Positions 24,398-33,508 of a DNA stretch of 64,000 nt are shown here, in pieces; the first letter of the stretch is position 1; every line of letters begins with the position of its first letter. Origin of the DNA: a virus; the IMG/VR virus record IMGVR_UViG_3300032288_005579; one strand, 5' to 3'. The notes beneath the pieces are model-generated. The model had not been told where the DNA came from. It did not search any database and saw only the letters and a program-made list of their open reading frames with translations. The position numbers and the translations under genes were made by a program.

Positions 24398-25351
24398 TCA
24401 AGATGGACAAGGACCAAGAGCGTTATACAACTCTACATTTACTAATTGTGCTCCGCTAGGACCGCTGTTTGTGGACCCTCCAGTAGATAGCCAATAAGAC
24501 CCATCAGAAGTGGCTTTAAATACGGTAGCTTGTGTTGTTATTCCATCGGAACTTTGTCCGCTTACAAAGCCGAAATATCCTTCTGGAACTCCTTGGGTGT
24601 ATGCGTATTTTCCGGTGGTACACGATTGTATGAAATACCACAATTTTGGATTCAATCCCGGACAGAATTTATTTGTTTTGTATAACTTTCCTACGGCAGG
24701 ATTTTCTGGTACACCTGTAGCTATTTGATAGATTTGATTGTCATCTACATCTCTGATATATTTGTAATCGTATACAGGTATAGTTCTAGAGGAATCATAG
24801 AATATTCGTCCGTATTGATACAAGTACCCCGTAGATATGTAGACTACGGTCGTATCGACTTTTTGACAAACTTCGTCTGTGCTCTGTCCCAACACTACGC
24901 GAACGTTTCCTCCAGTCATGGGTATTATAGAAACTGTAGGACTCGGGGTAACAGTTAGGCTCGGAGTTATTGTAGGCGTTACGCTGATGCTTGGTGTCAA
25001 AGTGGGAGATATGCTTATTGTAGGAGTTACAGTAATACTAGGAGTTACGCTAATCGTAGGCGTAGCGCTAGGAGTTGCGGGAGGCAACGAACCTAAATAA
25101 GCGTCTGTATAAGTCTTACAATCCCAACAATCGGTCTTTATTCTAATTATGGAAGTACCCCGTGGTACAACGTGAGACGTATAACCAGAGAGTAGAGTTC
25201 CCCTAGGTATGTTTATTTCGAACGGTTCGCTAAAGCCGTCTAAATTAGAATACAGATTGAATGGACCCACAGGACCCTTGGTGTCGCCTACGTAATCTCC
25301 GAAGGTTGCCGTGATCTTAACTGAGTATTCCGTGTATTCGTAGAATGGCAT
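24398..25351 (-). CDS. Anchor-stalk-tip protein, short TPT stalk
   Basis: Shared N-terminal domain (YSNLDGF..P..LLSGY..VP..C) then about 55 aa TPTISV repeats. Confidence 0.75.
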   Translation of the reverse strand: MPFYEYTEYSVKITATFGDYVGDTKGPVGPFNLYSNLDGFSEPFEINIPRGTLLSGYTSHVVPRGTSIIRIKTDCWDCKTYTDAYLGSLPPATPSATPTISVTPSITVTPTISISPTLTPSISVTPTITPSLTVTPSPTVSIIPMTGGNVRVVLGQSTDEVCQKVDTTVVYISTGYLYQYGRIFYDSSRTIPVYDYKYIRDVDDNQIYQIATGVPENPAVGKLYKTNKFCPGLNPKLWYFIQSCTTGKYAYTQGVPEGYFGFVSGQSSDGITTQATVFKATSDGSYWLSTGGSTNSGPSGAQLVNVELYNALGPCPS

Positions 25352-25368
25352 ATCTTAATCTATTATTT

Positions 25369-26343
25369 TTATGGACAAGGAACGCCTTCATCAGAACCTG
25401 CGGAGTAAATTCTAAAAGTTCTGCTTAAGCTTGTACTGGATGTTATAGTTGCAGACCATGGAGTACTCTTTCCGCAATATGCGCCTGTACCAGTGGGACA
25501 AACTCCGGCCGAGGTGCCAGCTCCATCGAATTTTATATCTGCTCCACCGTTGTCTGTTATACCCACGTAAAGTGTGTTACCAGATAAGAAATCTGTTATC
25601 ACCCCTATGGACAAACAGGTCGTATTAGAACTACCTGTTCCCAATTCCGTCCAACTTCCAGCCCCTATTTTATACCATATTCTAGGGGGTATACCGATAT
25701 TTATTATGTCATCTACAGACTGGTATATAGTGATTTGAGGATTCGGAGGAGTTATGGTTGGAGTTCTACTTATCGTCGGAGTTATAGTTATTGTCGGTGT
25801 CACGCTTATAGTAGGAGTTTTCGTAACACTCGGAGTGATGCTTATAGTAGGAGTGACGCTTATGGTAGGAGTAATAGTTGCGGTTACACTTATAGTGGGA
25901 GTTACGGTTCTAGTAGGACTGATGCTTATAGTAGGAGTGATAGTTGGAGTTACACTTATACTAGCTGTTCTAGTAGGAGTTAAGCTTATAGTGGCAGTTT
26001 TAGTAACGCTAATCGTGGGAGTTAAGCTTATAGTGGCTGTTATAGAAGGAGTTATAGAAGGCGTCAGACTTATGGTTTGAGTAGGAGTAATTGTCGGTGT
26101 GGGACTGGGTTGCACTAGATACACTATTGCCGAATTGTAACATGTGGGACCTTTAGAGATCAGTTTTAAATTTGTTGCGTAATCGGGAATGTTAGAAATT
26201 ATGAAACCAGCCAATAAGTCGGTCTTTTTAGCATTTACGTACACAGGTACACAGTATCCGTCCGCGTTGGAATACACGTCGATATAATCCCCGACATCGG
26301 CTCCTACTGTTCTTAGTGTTACTACGGCTGCTACTGTTGACAT
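25369..26343 (-). CDS. Anchor-stalk-tip protein, medium TPT stalk
   Basis: Shared N-terminal domain then about 120 aa of repeats. Confidence 0.75.
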   Translation of the reverse strand: MSTVAAVVTLRTVGADVGDYIDVYSNADGYCVPVYVNAKKTDLLAGFIISNIPDYATNLKLISKGPTCYNSAIVYLVQPSPTPTITPTQTISLTPSITPSITATISLTPTISVTKTATISLTPTRTASISVTPTITPTISISPTRTVTPTISVTATITPTISVTPTISITPSVTKTPTISVTPTITITPTISRTPTITPPNPQITIYQSVDDIINIGIPPRIWYKIGAGSWTELGTGSSNTTCLSIGVITDFLSGNTLYVGITDNGGADIKFDGAGTSAGVCPTGTGAYCGKSTPWSATITSSTSLSRTFRIYSAGSDEGVPCP

Positions 26344-26379
26344 CTATTTATAAATATATTTGAATTTATTTCTCATCAT

Positions 26380-29300
26380 TTAGCAGATTATGTTACCATC
26401 AGCTGTTATGTATATGTAGTTAGCTCCGGGCTCTGGTAAGAACGATACTACACATTCATTTCCTCCAGTAGTTGGACATCCCGCGCCGAATCCTACGTTT
26501 GCTTGTAATCTTTGATTTCCAGCGCCAGCGCTATCTGTCGTGAAATCTATAGTTTTATTTGCTGCTGGAGTGAGAGTGGCAACTAAATTACAGGATGTCG
26601 ATAGAGATTGTATAAAGGTAGTAGTACTATCTATAGTATAGTACAGATCTGCTGCTCCATTGTTATATTTAGCGTATACGTATACTGTTGGAGGAGCAGG
26701 TGGCGTGCTAGTTATACTGATAGTCGGAGTCCTAGTAGGAGTTATGCTTATCGTAGGAGTTAAACTCTTTGTTAGGGTTATTGTGGGCGTTCTAGTCGGT
26801 GTTATACTGATAGTGGGAGTGATAGTTTTTGTAACGCTTATCGTGGGAGTTGTTGTAATTGAAGGCGTCCTAGATATAGTAGGCGTTGGAGTAGGAGGTA
26901 TGTTACAAGCAGTGTTTATAACTACAGTAACAGTCGAGTTATTCGCTACTACAAACGTACTACCGTTTACGTATGAAACTCCGTTAACCTCCACTTGATT
27001 GACTTTTTGATAACCGTAAGAAGTACCCACAGAACAACCAGTTCCTACAGTATCTCCATTTACGAATTTAGCACCGCTTTGTCCTGGGGTCCAAGTAATT
27101 GCTCCACCAGCTCCTTGACCCGGTTGAGTGTTATCTCCTCCCAAACAATTACATAGGTCCGTATCAGTTCCTCCTACCCAAACTGTAGCGTAAGATCCGC
27201 TAACACTGAGAGTCTCTGCTACTGGATCTGATAGCGTCCATGTAAATCTTCCTGTTCCCCTATCGTAAGACGTGTAAGTTAAAGTTACGTTATCTTTGTA
27301 ATCGGTGGGAGAAGGCGTCGGTGTTAATGAGACAGTCGGGGTTGTCGTTGGAGTTAGGCTTATAGTAGCAGTTCTAGTAGGAGTTACAGTAGGGGTAGGA
27401 CTAGGAGCAGGTATACAAGCCGTGTTTATTGAAACTGTTACCGTAGACTGACCGTCCTGCGTTACCCAAGATTGTCCATTACTTTTCACGTCTCCGTTTG
27501 TGGATCCGTGATTTATGGTCATAGAATTGTCTTTAGCGTGAGAATAAGTGTTAGTAACACCTAAACCAGCAACGCTTTTAGTTCCCGCTTCTCCCTGAAG
27601 CCACGTTACAGTAGCGAGTATATAGGATCCTCCAGCTGCATTAGTACATGTGCTTCCATCGCTATACGTAGTGACTGACGCATAAGTTATCGTAATGTCT
27701 TCTCCAACCGCAGTATTTAAATTAAAATAGAAAGTGTCGTTTGTATTATCGAAGGACACGAACGATAGTGTGGCATCGGTAGCGTAGTCAGTAGGAGAAG
27801 GCGTTACTGTCACAGAAGGAGTTCTTGTTGTCGTAGGAGAAACTGTGGGGGTTCTTGATATGGTAGGAGTTATGCTAGGAGTAAGGCTGATTGTAGGTGT
27901 TAAGCTTATTGTCGGCGTTAAGCTTATTGTTGGAGTGCGAGTTACTGTTGCAGTAATGCTGATTGTAGGAGTTAAACTTATGGTAGGCGTAACGCTAATG
28001 GTACGTGTAACGCTTATGGTGGGAGTCACGGTTTTTGTTACACTTATAGTGGGAGTTAAACTTATAGTTGCTGTTGCTGTTACAGTAGGAGTTATGCTGA
28101 TGGTTGGAGTTGGCGTTATGGTCCGAGTTATGCTTATAGTAGGCGTAGAGGTTACAGTCGGCGTTACACTTATGGTTGGAGTTGCCGTAGCGGTTTGAGT
28201 TACGCTTATTGTAGGAGTAATAGTTGGCGTAGCGGTGACAGTTGCTGTTTGTGTTATGCTTATGGTCGGGGTAGTTGTAACAGTTTGAGTTACACTTATG
28301 GTTGGAGTAACGGTTGTGGTAGGAGTGACACTGATAGTGGGAGTAGCTGTTTTGGTTACACTAATGGTCGGCGTAATAGTCGTTGTAGGAGTGATGCTTA
28401 TCGTAGGAGTAACACTTATGGTAGGAGTTGCTGTAGCAGTTTGAGTTATGCTAATAGTAGGAGTAACACTTATGGTAGGAGTTGCTGTAGCAGTTTGAGT
28501 TATGCTAATAGTAGGAGTAACAGTCTTAGTCACACTAATAGTAGGAGTGACACTGATAGTGGGAGTAATTGTTACTGTAGCAGTGATGCTAATAGTGGGA
28601 GTTAAGCTTATTGTTGGAGTTACACTTATAGTTGGTGTTAAACTTATGGTCGGAGTGATGCTTATAGTCGGAGTAACCGTTTTAGTAACACTAATTGTAG
28701 GCGTAATGCTTATAGTTGGAGTGGTGGTCCTAGTCGGTGTTATGCTAATAGTTGGCGTACTTGTTATTGAGGGAGTTACGCTGATGGTGGGAGTAATGGT
28801 AATGGTAGGCGTTATACTTATGGTCGGAGTTACTGTCTTAGTTACGCTTATGGTTGGCGTTAAACTAATAGTAGGAGTTAAGCTTATAGTAGCAGTTCTA
28901 GTAGGCGTAATGCTTATAGTAGGAGTTACACTTATTGTAGCGGTCACGCTCAGGAAAGGCGTTAATGTAACAGTGGGAGTTACACTTATAGTCGGTGTTA
29001 AACTTATGGTAGGAGTTCTACTTGGAGTGATGCTTATAGTGGGAGTTACGCTTATGGTAGGAGTAACCGTTGTGGTTACACTTATAGTGGGAGTGACGCT
29101 TGTTGTAGGAGTGACAGTTTTTGTTACGCTTATCGTTGGAGTAGTGCTAATTGTGGGAGTGATAGTTTTTGTAACGCTTATTGTCGGTGTAACGCTAATC
29201 GTAGGTGTTCTAGTTGGAGTAATGCTGATTGTGGGCGTTACACTAATAGTTGGCGTTACACTTATGGTGGGAGTTGCGGTATTAGTTACACTAATAGTAG

Positions 29301-29961
29301 GAGTTAAGCTGATAGTTTGAGTTACGCTTATGGTCGGAGTGACGCTTATTGTCGGCGTTACACTCGCACCAGGGGATACAGTTATTGATGGAGTAATGCT
29401 GATGGTTGGGGTAATGGTTACCGTAGGCGTAATGCTTATTGTGGGAGTGACACTAATTGTTTGGGTAACGCTTATGGTGGGTGTAGCGGTTTGAGTAACT
29501 GTAACGGTTTGAGTTACACTAATTGTCGGAGTTAAGCTGGGGGTAGCTGTAAATGTTATTGAGGGGGTTAGAGTTATGCTCGGGCTCGGTGTTGACGTGA
29601 CGCTTACGCTTATGGTAGGAGTTATAGTGGGTGTTATGCTGATAGTGGGAGTAACAGAGGTCGTAACACTGGGAGATACGCTCACTGTTGGGGTAACTGA
29701 GGGGCTCGCATTAACGGAGACTAGATATAAATCTAAACAATTGGTACAACCTTCGCAATGAGCACAAACTCGTATTATGCTGGTGTCGGGAGGAACTGTA
29801 TTACAAGTATATCCGCTTAACAAATACGCAGTGGGAATCTTTCTTACTATGGGCATTTTAAAGCCATCGCCATTAACAAAAATATCGCAATACTCAGAGC
29901 TCACATCGAGTCCAGCTGAGCTTAGGGTTATTGTTACCGATTTGTATTTAGCGTCTGCCAC
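26380..29961 (-). CDS. Anchor-stalk-tip protein, long mucin-like stalk (1193 aa)
   Basis: Shared N-terminal domain, about 640 aa TPTIS(V/I/L) repeats, three beta-rich C-terminal domains separated by shorter repeats. Confidence 0.8.
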   Translation of the reverse strand: MADAKYKSVTITLSSAGLDVSSEYCDIFVNGDGFKMPIVRKIPTAYLLSGYTCNTVPPDTSIIRVCAHCEGCTNCLDLYLVSVNASPSVTPTVSVSPSVTTSVTPTISITPTITPTISVSVTSTPSPSITLTPSITFTATPSLTPTISVTQTVTVTQTATPTISVTQTISVTPTISITPTVTITPTISITPSITVSPGASVTPTISVTPTISVTQTISLTPTISVTNTATPTISVTPTISVTPTISITPTRTPTISVTPTISVTKTITPTISTTPTISVTKTVTPTTSVTPTISVTTTVTPTISVTPTISITPSRTPTISLTPTISVTPTVTLTPFLSVTATISVTPTISITPTRTATISLTPTISLTPTISVTKTVTPTISITPTITITPTISVTPSITSTPTISITPTRTTTPTISITPTISVTKTVTPTISITPTISLTPTISVTPTISLTPTISITATVTITPTISVTPTISVTKTVTPTISITQTATATPTISVTPTISITQTATATPTISVTPTISITPTTTITPTISVTKTATPTISVTPTTTVTPTISVTQTVTTTPTISITQTATVTATPTITPTISVTQTATATPTISVTPTVTSTPTISITRTITPTPTISITPTVTATATISLTPTISVTKTVTPTISVTRTISVTPTISLTPTISITATVTRTPTISLTPTISLTPTISLTPSITPTISRTPTVSPTTTRTPSVTVTPSPTDYATDATLSFVSFDNTNDTFYFNLNTAVGEDITITYASVTTYSDGSTCTNAAGGSYILATVTWLQGEAGTKSVAGLGVTNTYSHAKDNSMTINHGSTNGDVKSNGQSWVTQDGQSTVTVSINTACIPAPSPTPTVTPTRTATISLTPTTTPTVSLTPTPSPTDYKDNVTLTYTSYDRGTGRFTWTLSDPVAETLSVSGSYATVWVGGTDTDLCNCLGGDNTQPGQGAGGAITWTPGQSGAKFVNGDTVGTGCSVGTSYGYQKVNQVEVNGVSYVNGSTFVVANNSTVTVVINTACNIPPTPTPTISRTPSITTTPTISVTKTITPTISITPTRTPTITLTKSLTPTISITPTRTPTISITSTPPAPPTVYVYAKYNNGAADLYYTIDSTTTFIQSLSTSCNLVATLTPAANKTIDFTTDSAGAGNQRLQANVGFGAGCPTTGGNECVVSFLPEPGANYIYITADGNIIC
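27785..29705 (-). repeat. Degenerate 18-bp-period coding repeat (TPTISV hexapeptide)
   Basis: Visible as recurring ...cttatagtaggagt... units on the + strand. Confidence 0.9.
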
Positions 29962-29964
29962 TTT

Positions 29965-31749
29965 TTAACAAGTTTGAGTAGTTTGTTGAGGGAAACCCTG
30001 GCCTGTGTAACTAACACTACCCAGTTTTGCACAAAAAGTATCTCTAGGCACTACAAGTGCATTTGATATACTAACTCCTGAACAATCAATATAATTTACT
30101 ATTATATTTGCCGAATAACTTGCATTCTGGTATCTTATGCAATTGATTTTGGTCGTATAAGTAACTGTGAAATTTCCATTAACATTAGTGAAAGTGTAAG
30201 ATCCTATTCCAGATCCAACGCTCGCAGATCTAGTTCCTCCGCTATCTGTTATTTGTAACACACTTATTAATGTACCTGTTGCAACAGCTATATAAACTTC
30301 TGCATTTACAATAGCTGCCCCTCCAGCCGTTCCAGACAATTGATTACACGAAGTATTCGGTAAATCTTGAGAAGCTAACACTATAAATCCTCCGTTAGGA
30401 TTTTCAGAAACCCTATTTCTGTATTTTAAATTTACGTATCTATCGCTAGGGGTTGCTGTCAAAGTTCCACAAAGATTCCAAGCGTTAGTTGGAGAAACGC
30501 TAATTGAAGGAGTTATGGATATCGTTGGTGTTTTTGTTACAGTGATAGTTGGTGTAATACTTATGGTTGGAGTTACGCTTATAGTCGGAAGTGGGGTGTT
30601 GGTTATACTAATTGTAGGAGTAAGACTCAAGAATTGTGTAGGAGTTACGCTTGTTGTTATTGTGATTGTCGGAGTAGTTGTGGGAGTTATCGAAATAGTG
30701 GGAGTTAGACTAATTGTCGGCGTAATAGTTGCTGTTCTAGAAGGGGTTCTAGTCACTGAGGGTGTTTTTGTAACACTCTTAGTTATAGTTATACTTGGAG
30801 TTATACTCGGAGTTGGATTGGGTATTATGTAAGCAACACCAGCGAACTCGCAATCGTTATATTGAGCAGAACCGGTGATTCTACAATCATTTTCTTTTGC
30901 CATGCCTGCCAGTGAATCGTAAACGTATTTATTAACGGTTATAGTGCACTTAGCAGTATTAGAAATCAATCCACAATCATCAAAAGAATTCTTTATATTA
31001 TAATAACTTGTGTATGTTCCTGCATCTTTAGCGGCAATAGTTACCTGTCCCGTAGAAGGATTCGCTGAAAATAGGTGTGATTGATCTGTTCCGAAAAAAT
31101 TAAGTGTAGAATAGTCAAAGGATCCTTGTCCAACGTTATCAACGCCTGTGATTACATTAAATGTTTTCGGGGAAACGTTATCGTAGAAGGAACCGTAATA
31201 GTCCATTAGTACTGGACTTTTTGGAAACACGTCTTGGTAATTCTGATCTGTTATTATTACGGTTCCATGAGCGTATATTATGTTACCAATTAATTTTCCG
31301 TCGCTAGCTATATCTAACACGTTGCCGTTTCCATCGTCTGTTAACAGCGCGCTTCCGCTGGAATAAGTGAATGTGGTAGGACTAACTCTTTCCCCGAATA
31401 AATTTCTGGGAATATGCATCACGGAGATCTTTGCTCCTGATTGAGTTGGAAAATATTTGGCCTCGTATTCGAATGTCCCAGAGGCCGCGGTGGATTGGGC
31501 GTAATTGTCCCATGCACTAGCCGAATTATATAGAGATCCCGACATTGCTCCCATATAATAGAGCTGTCGAATCTTTCTGTATAGAAGAATAGATTGGTTT
31601 ACAGATCCAGAATAATCTACTTCGCCGTTATATCCTTGGATAAATAGAATGCCTTCATCTCCTCCACAAGAACTCGTCTGAGAATACTTTAGTTTTATCG
31701 GTACGCTTGTGATCTCCGATTCTTGTATTGTATTCTTGCATAGACTCAT
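29965..31749 (-). CDS. Tail-associated protein (N-terminal module) with internal TPT stalk
   Basis: HIPRNLFGERVSPTTF..LTDDGNGN..IGNIIYAHG; stalk about 30490-30825. Confidence 0.7.
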   Translation of the reverse strand: MSLCKNTIQESEITSVPIKLKYSQTSSCGGDEGILFIQGYNGEVDYSGSVNQSILLYRKIRQLYYMGAMSGSLYNSASAWDNYAQSTAASGTFEYEAKYFPTQSGAKISVMHIPRNLFGERVSPTTFTYSSGSALLTDDGNGNVLDIASDGKLIGNIIYAHGTVIITDQNYQDVFPKSPVLMDYYGSFYDNVSPKTFNVITGVDNVGQGSFDYSTLNFFGTDQSHLFSANPSTGQVTIAAKDAGTYTSYYNIKNSFDDCGLISNTAKCTITVNKYVYDSLAGMAKENDCRITGSAQYNDCEFAGVAYIIPNPTPSITPSITITKSVTKTPSVTRTPSRTATITPTISLTPTISITPTTTPTITITTSVTPTQFLSLTPTISITNTPLPTISVTPTISITPTITVTKTPTISITPSISVSPTNAWNLCGTLTATPSDRYVNLKYRNRVSENPNGGFIVLASQDLPNTSCNQLSGTAGGAAIVNAEVYIAVATGTLISVLQITDSGGTRSASVGSGIGSYTFTNVNGNFTVTYTTKINCIRYQNASYSANIIVNYIDCSGVSISNALVVPRDTFCAKLGSVSYTGQGFPQQTTQTC

Positions 31750-31752
31750 TTG

Positions 31753-32793
31753 TTACCAATCTAATTTGGTCCTTATTAGAGCTTCTTTCGTGAAATCTTT
31801 CACTAGCGGTTTAGACAATTTCGCAACTGCTAGCAGATCGTTATTGTCATTGTACATACCAACAGTGGTAATGTATGTCTGCGGACTGTTTATGAAATTA
31901 TCGTAGATTAACGTACCAGATCCCGTTATGAAAGAGGGATTTGATGTGTAGTTAAACTCGCTATTTCTAACTCTAACAAAGACATAATTAGACGATACAG
32001 TCTCTTTGGATTGCAGCGTAAATTCGTTTCCGTTATCTATGAAATCGTAAACCGCAGAGTAGTTAACTCCGTTTTTAGTAGCATCTGTACCAACGTAAAA
32101 ATCGTGACCTAATCCTCCGTTTGCAGCGCTCAGCGAAAGAGCAGCTGGATTCAGTATTATAAGTCCAATATCAGGAAGGAATAGTCCGTAAGATCCAGCT
32201 ATTGTATAACCCTCTTCAAATTGTGTAGTATCTGCGGATCCGTTTGATCCCCAAACTATATCGAAAGCTCTACCGCAATTAAGATATGTTACAGTAGAAA
32301 CGTCGTTCGAATTGTCGGTCAAGTTAAGGTATGTAGATCCGCTTCCAAGTGTCAACTTAAAAGTTCCAGGAAGCAAACTCTCCTTATATCTATTTCTGTC
32401 TATCGGTATAGCTATTATCGATTCGGCCTCTGTAGAAGTTCCTCCAAAATTGAATCTTCCTCCAACAACGTTTCCATTGCCCTCAGAATCCCCGTACACT
32501 AAGTTTCTGTATTGTCCGTAAGTTATTCTACTAGGACTATTACCAACCACTAAAGGATTTATAGGAGCAGATCCTGAACCAGCGTAGTGCCCGTAAGCTA
32601 TAGAAAATTGTACTGCGGCAGCTGTGCTTGAGCACGGAGCGTTGTATACGTCTATGTAGAAACTACTCGTATTGTAGCATGTTGATCCTGTATAAAAAAC
32701 AGTCAACGTGGGATTATTTGTACTCCACGCCGGCGCAGTTATTGCATCCGCGGATATTACAAAATCTTGGGGATCTAAGGCTTTATAAGACAT
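31753..32793 (-). CDS. Tail-associated structural protein
   Basis: EFNYTSNPS...TYITTVGMYNDNNDLLAVAKLSKP resembles tail-fibre attachment modules. Confidence 0.65.
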   Translation of the reverse strand: MSYKALDPQDFVISADAITAPAWSTNNPTLTVFYTGSTCYNTSSFYIDVYNAPCSSTAAAVQFSIAYGHYAGSGSAPINPLVVGNSPSRITYGQYRNLVYGDSEGNGNVVGGRFNFGGTSTEAESIIAIPIDRNRYKESLLPGTFKLTLGSGSTYLNLTDNSNDVSTVTYLNCGRAFDIVWGSNGSADTTQFEEGYTIAGSYGLFLPDIGLIILNPAALSLSAANGGLGHDFYVGTDATKNGVNYSAVYDFIDNGNEFTLQSKETVSSNYVFVRVRNSEFNYTSNPSFITGSGTLIYDNFINSPQTYITTVGMYNDNNDLLAVAKLSKPLVKDFTKEALIRTKLDW

Positions 32794-32804
32794 GTCTTGT
32801 TATT

Positions 32805-33461
32805 TTATGCTGATTTTGTTATTGTCACAGGCACAGAAATTCTAGCGCCAGAATCCCTACCGGTGATGGTGATGGTTGTTTGAAGCTTAGTTTGACTACC
32901 AAACAGTGTATTAATGGTTGTAGCACTCACATTGCAAGTTATGCCTATGACGGTCTGACTTACGTTTGTGCCTATGGTAGTGGTCGCGTTAGCATTTACT
33001 GCCGCGGGAGTGTTTATACCAATGCCTGTGAAAGTGGCCATAGTTCTAACGTCTCCGATGGTGAATGTGTATCCTGAAGGCTCTCCTTGAGAAGTCGTGC
33101 CAAGGTAGTTTAGTGTCGTAGGCGTTATAGAAGTGCTTTCTCCCTGTTTTAATTGGATGTTAGTGTTAGCTATACTTACAACAGGTAACTTAGCGGTCCC
33201 CCTGGGCAGGGTTACGAGCTTATATTTCATTATCTCGTTGTCGTCGGGATAAGCTTGAAGTATTGGCATGGCTTCGATAGCTTCTCCGTAAAAAGCAGAT
33301 CCCGATGGGTGATTAGGATTGTACAAAGTGTAATCGATCTCGTCATCACCCAAAGAAAACTGGGTGATTCTAAAGGATCCATCGTTTCTTGACAGCAGCT
33401 CTCTTCCCTTCTTTGTTAGGATTGCGTCTACTATTACGGATGTTGAATTTAAATATGGCAT
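32805..33461 (-). CDS. Tail/baseplate-associated structural protein
   Basis: LTKKGRELL...ITQFSLGDDEIDY resembles tail-fibre N-terminal modules. Confidence 0.6.
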   Translation of the reverse strand: MPYLNSTSVIVDAILTKKGRELLSRNDGSFRITQFSLGDDEIDYTLYNPNHPSGSAFYGEAIEAMPILQAYPDDNEIMKYKLVTLPRGTAKLPVVSIANTNIQLKQGESTSITPTTLNYLGTTSQGEPSGYTFTIGDVRTMATFTGIGINTPAAVNANATTTIGTNVSQTVIGITCNVSATTINTLFGSQTKLQTTITITGRDSGARISVPVTITKSA

Positions 33462-33508
33462 GATTTTCTTATTGTGTGTCTAAATATAAATATATTGCCG
33501 ATGTGAAT

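Noticed and set aside
25735-30832. Long + strand ORFs such as 28502..29320 (MLIVGVTV...)
   Set aside because: Antisense shadows of the TPTISV repeats; low complexity, no promoter or leader
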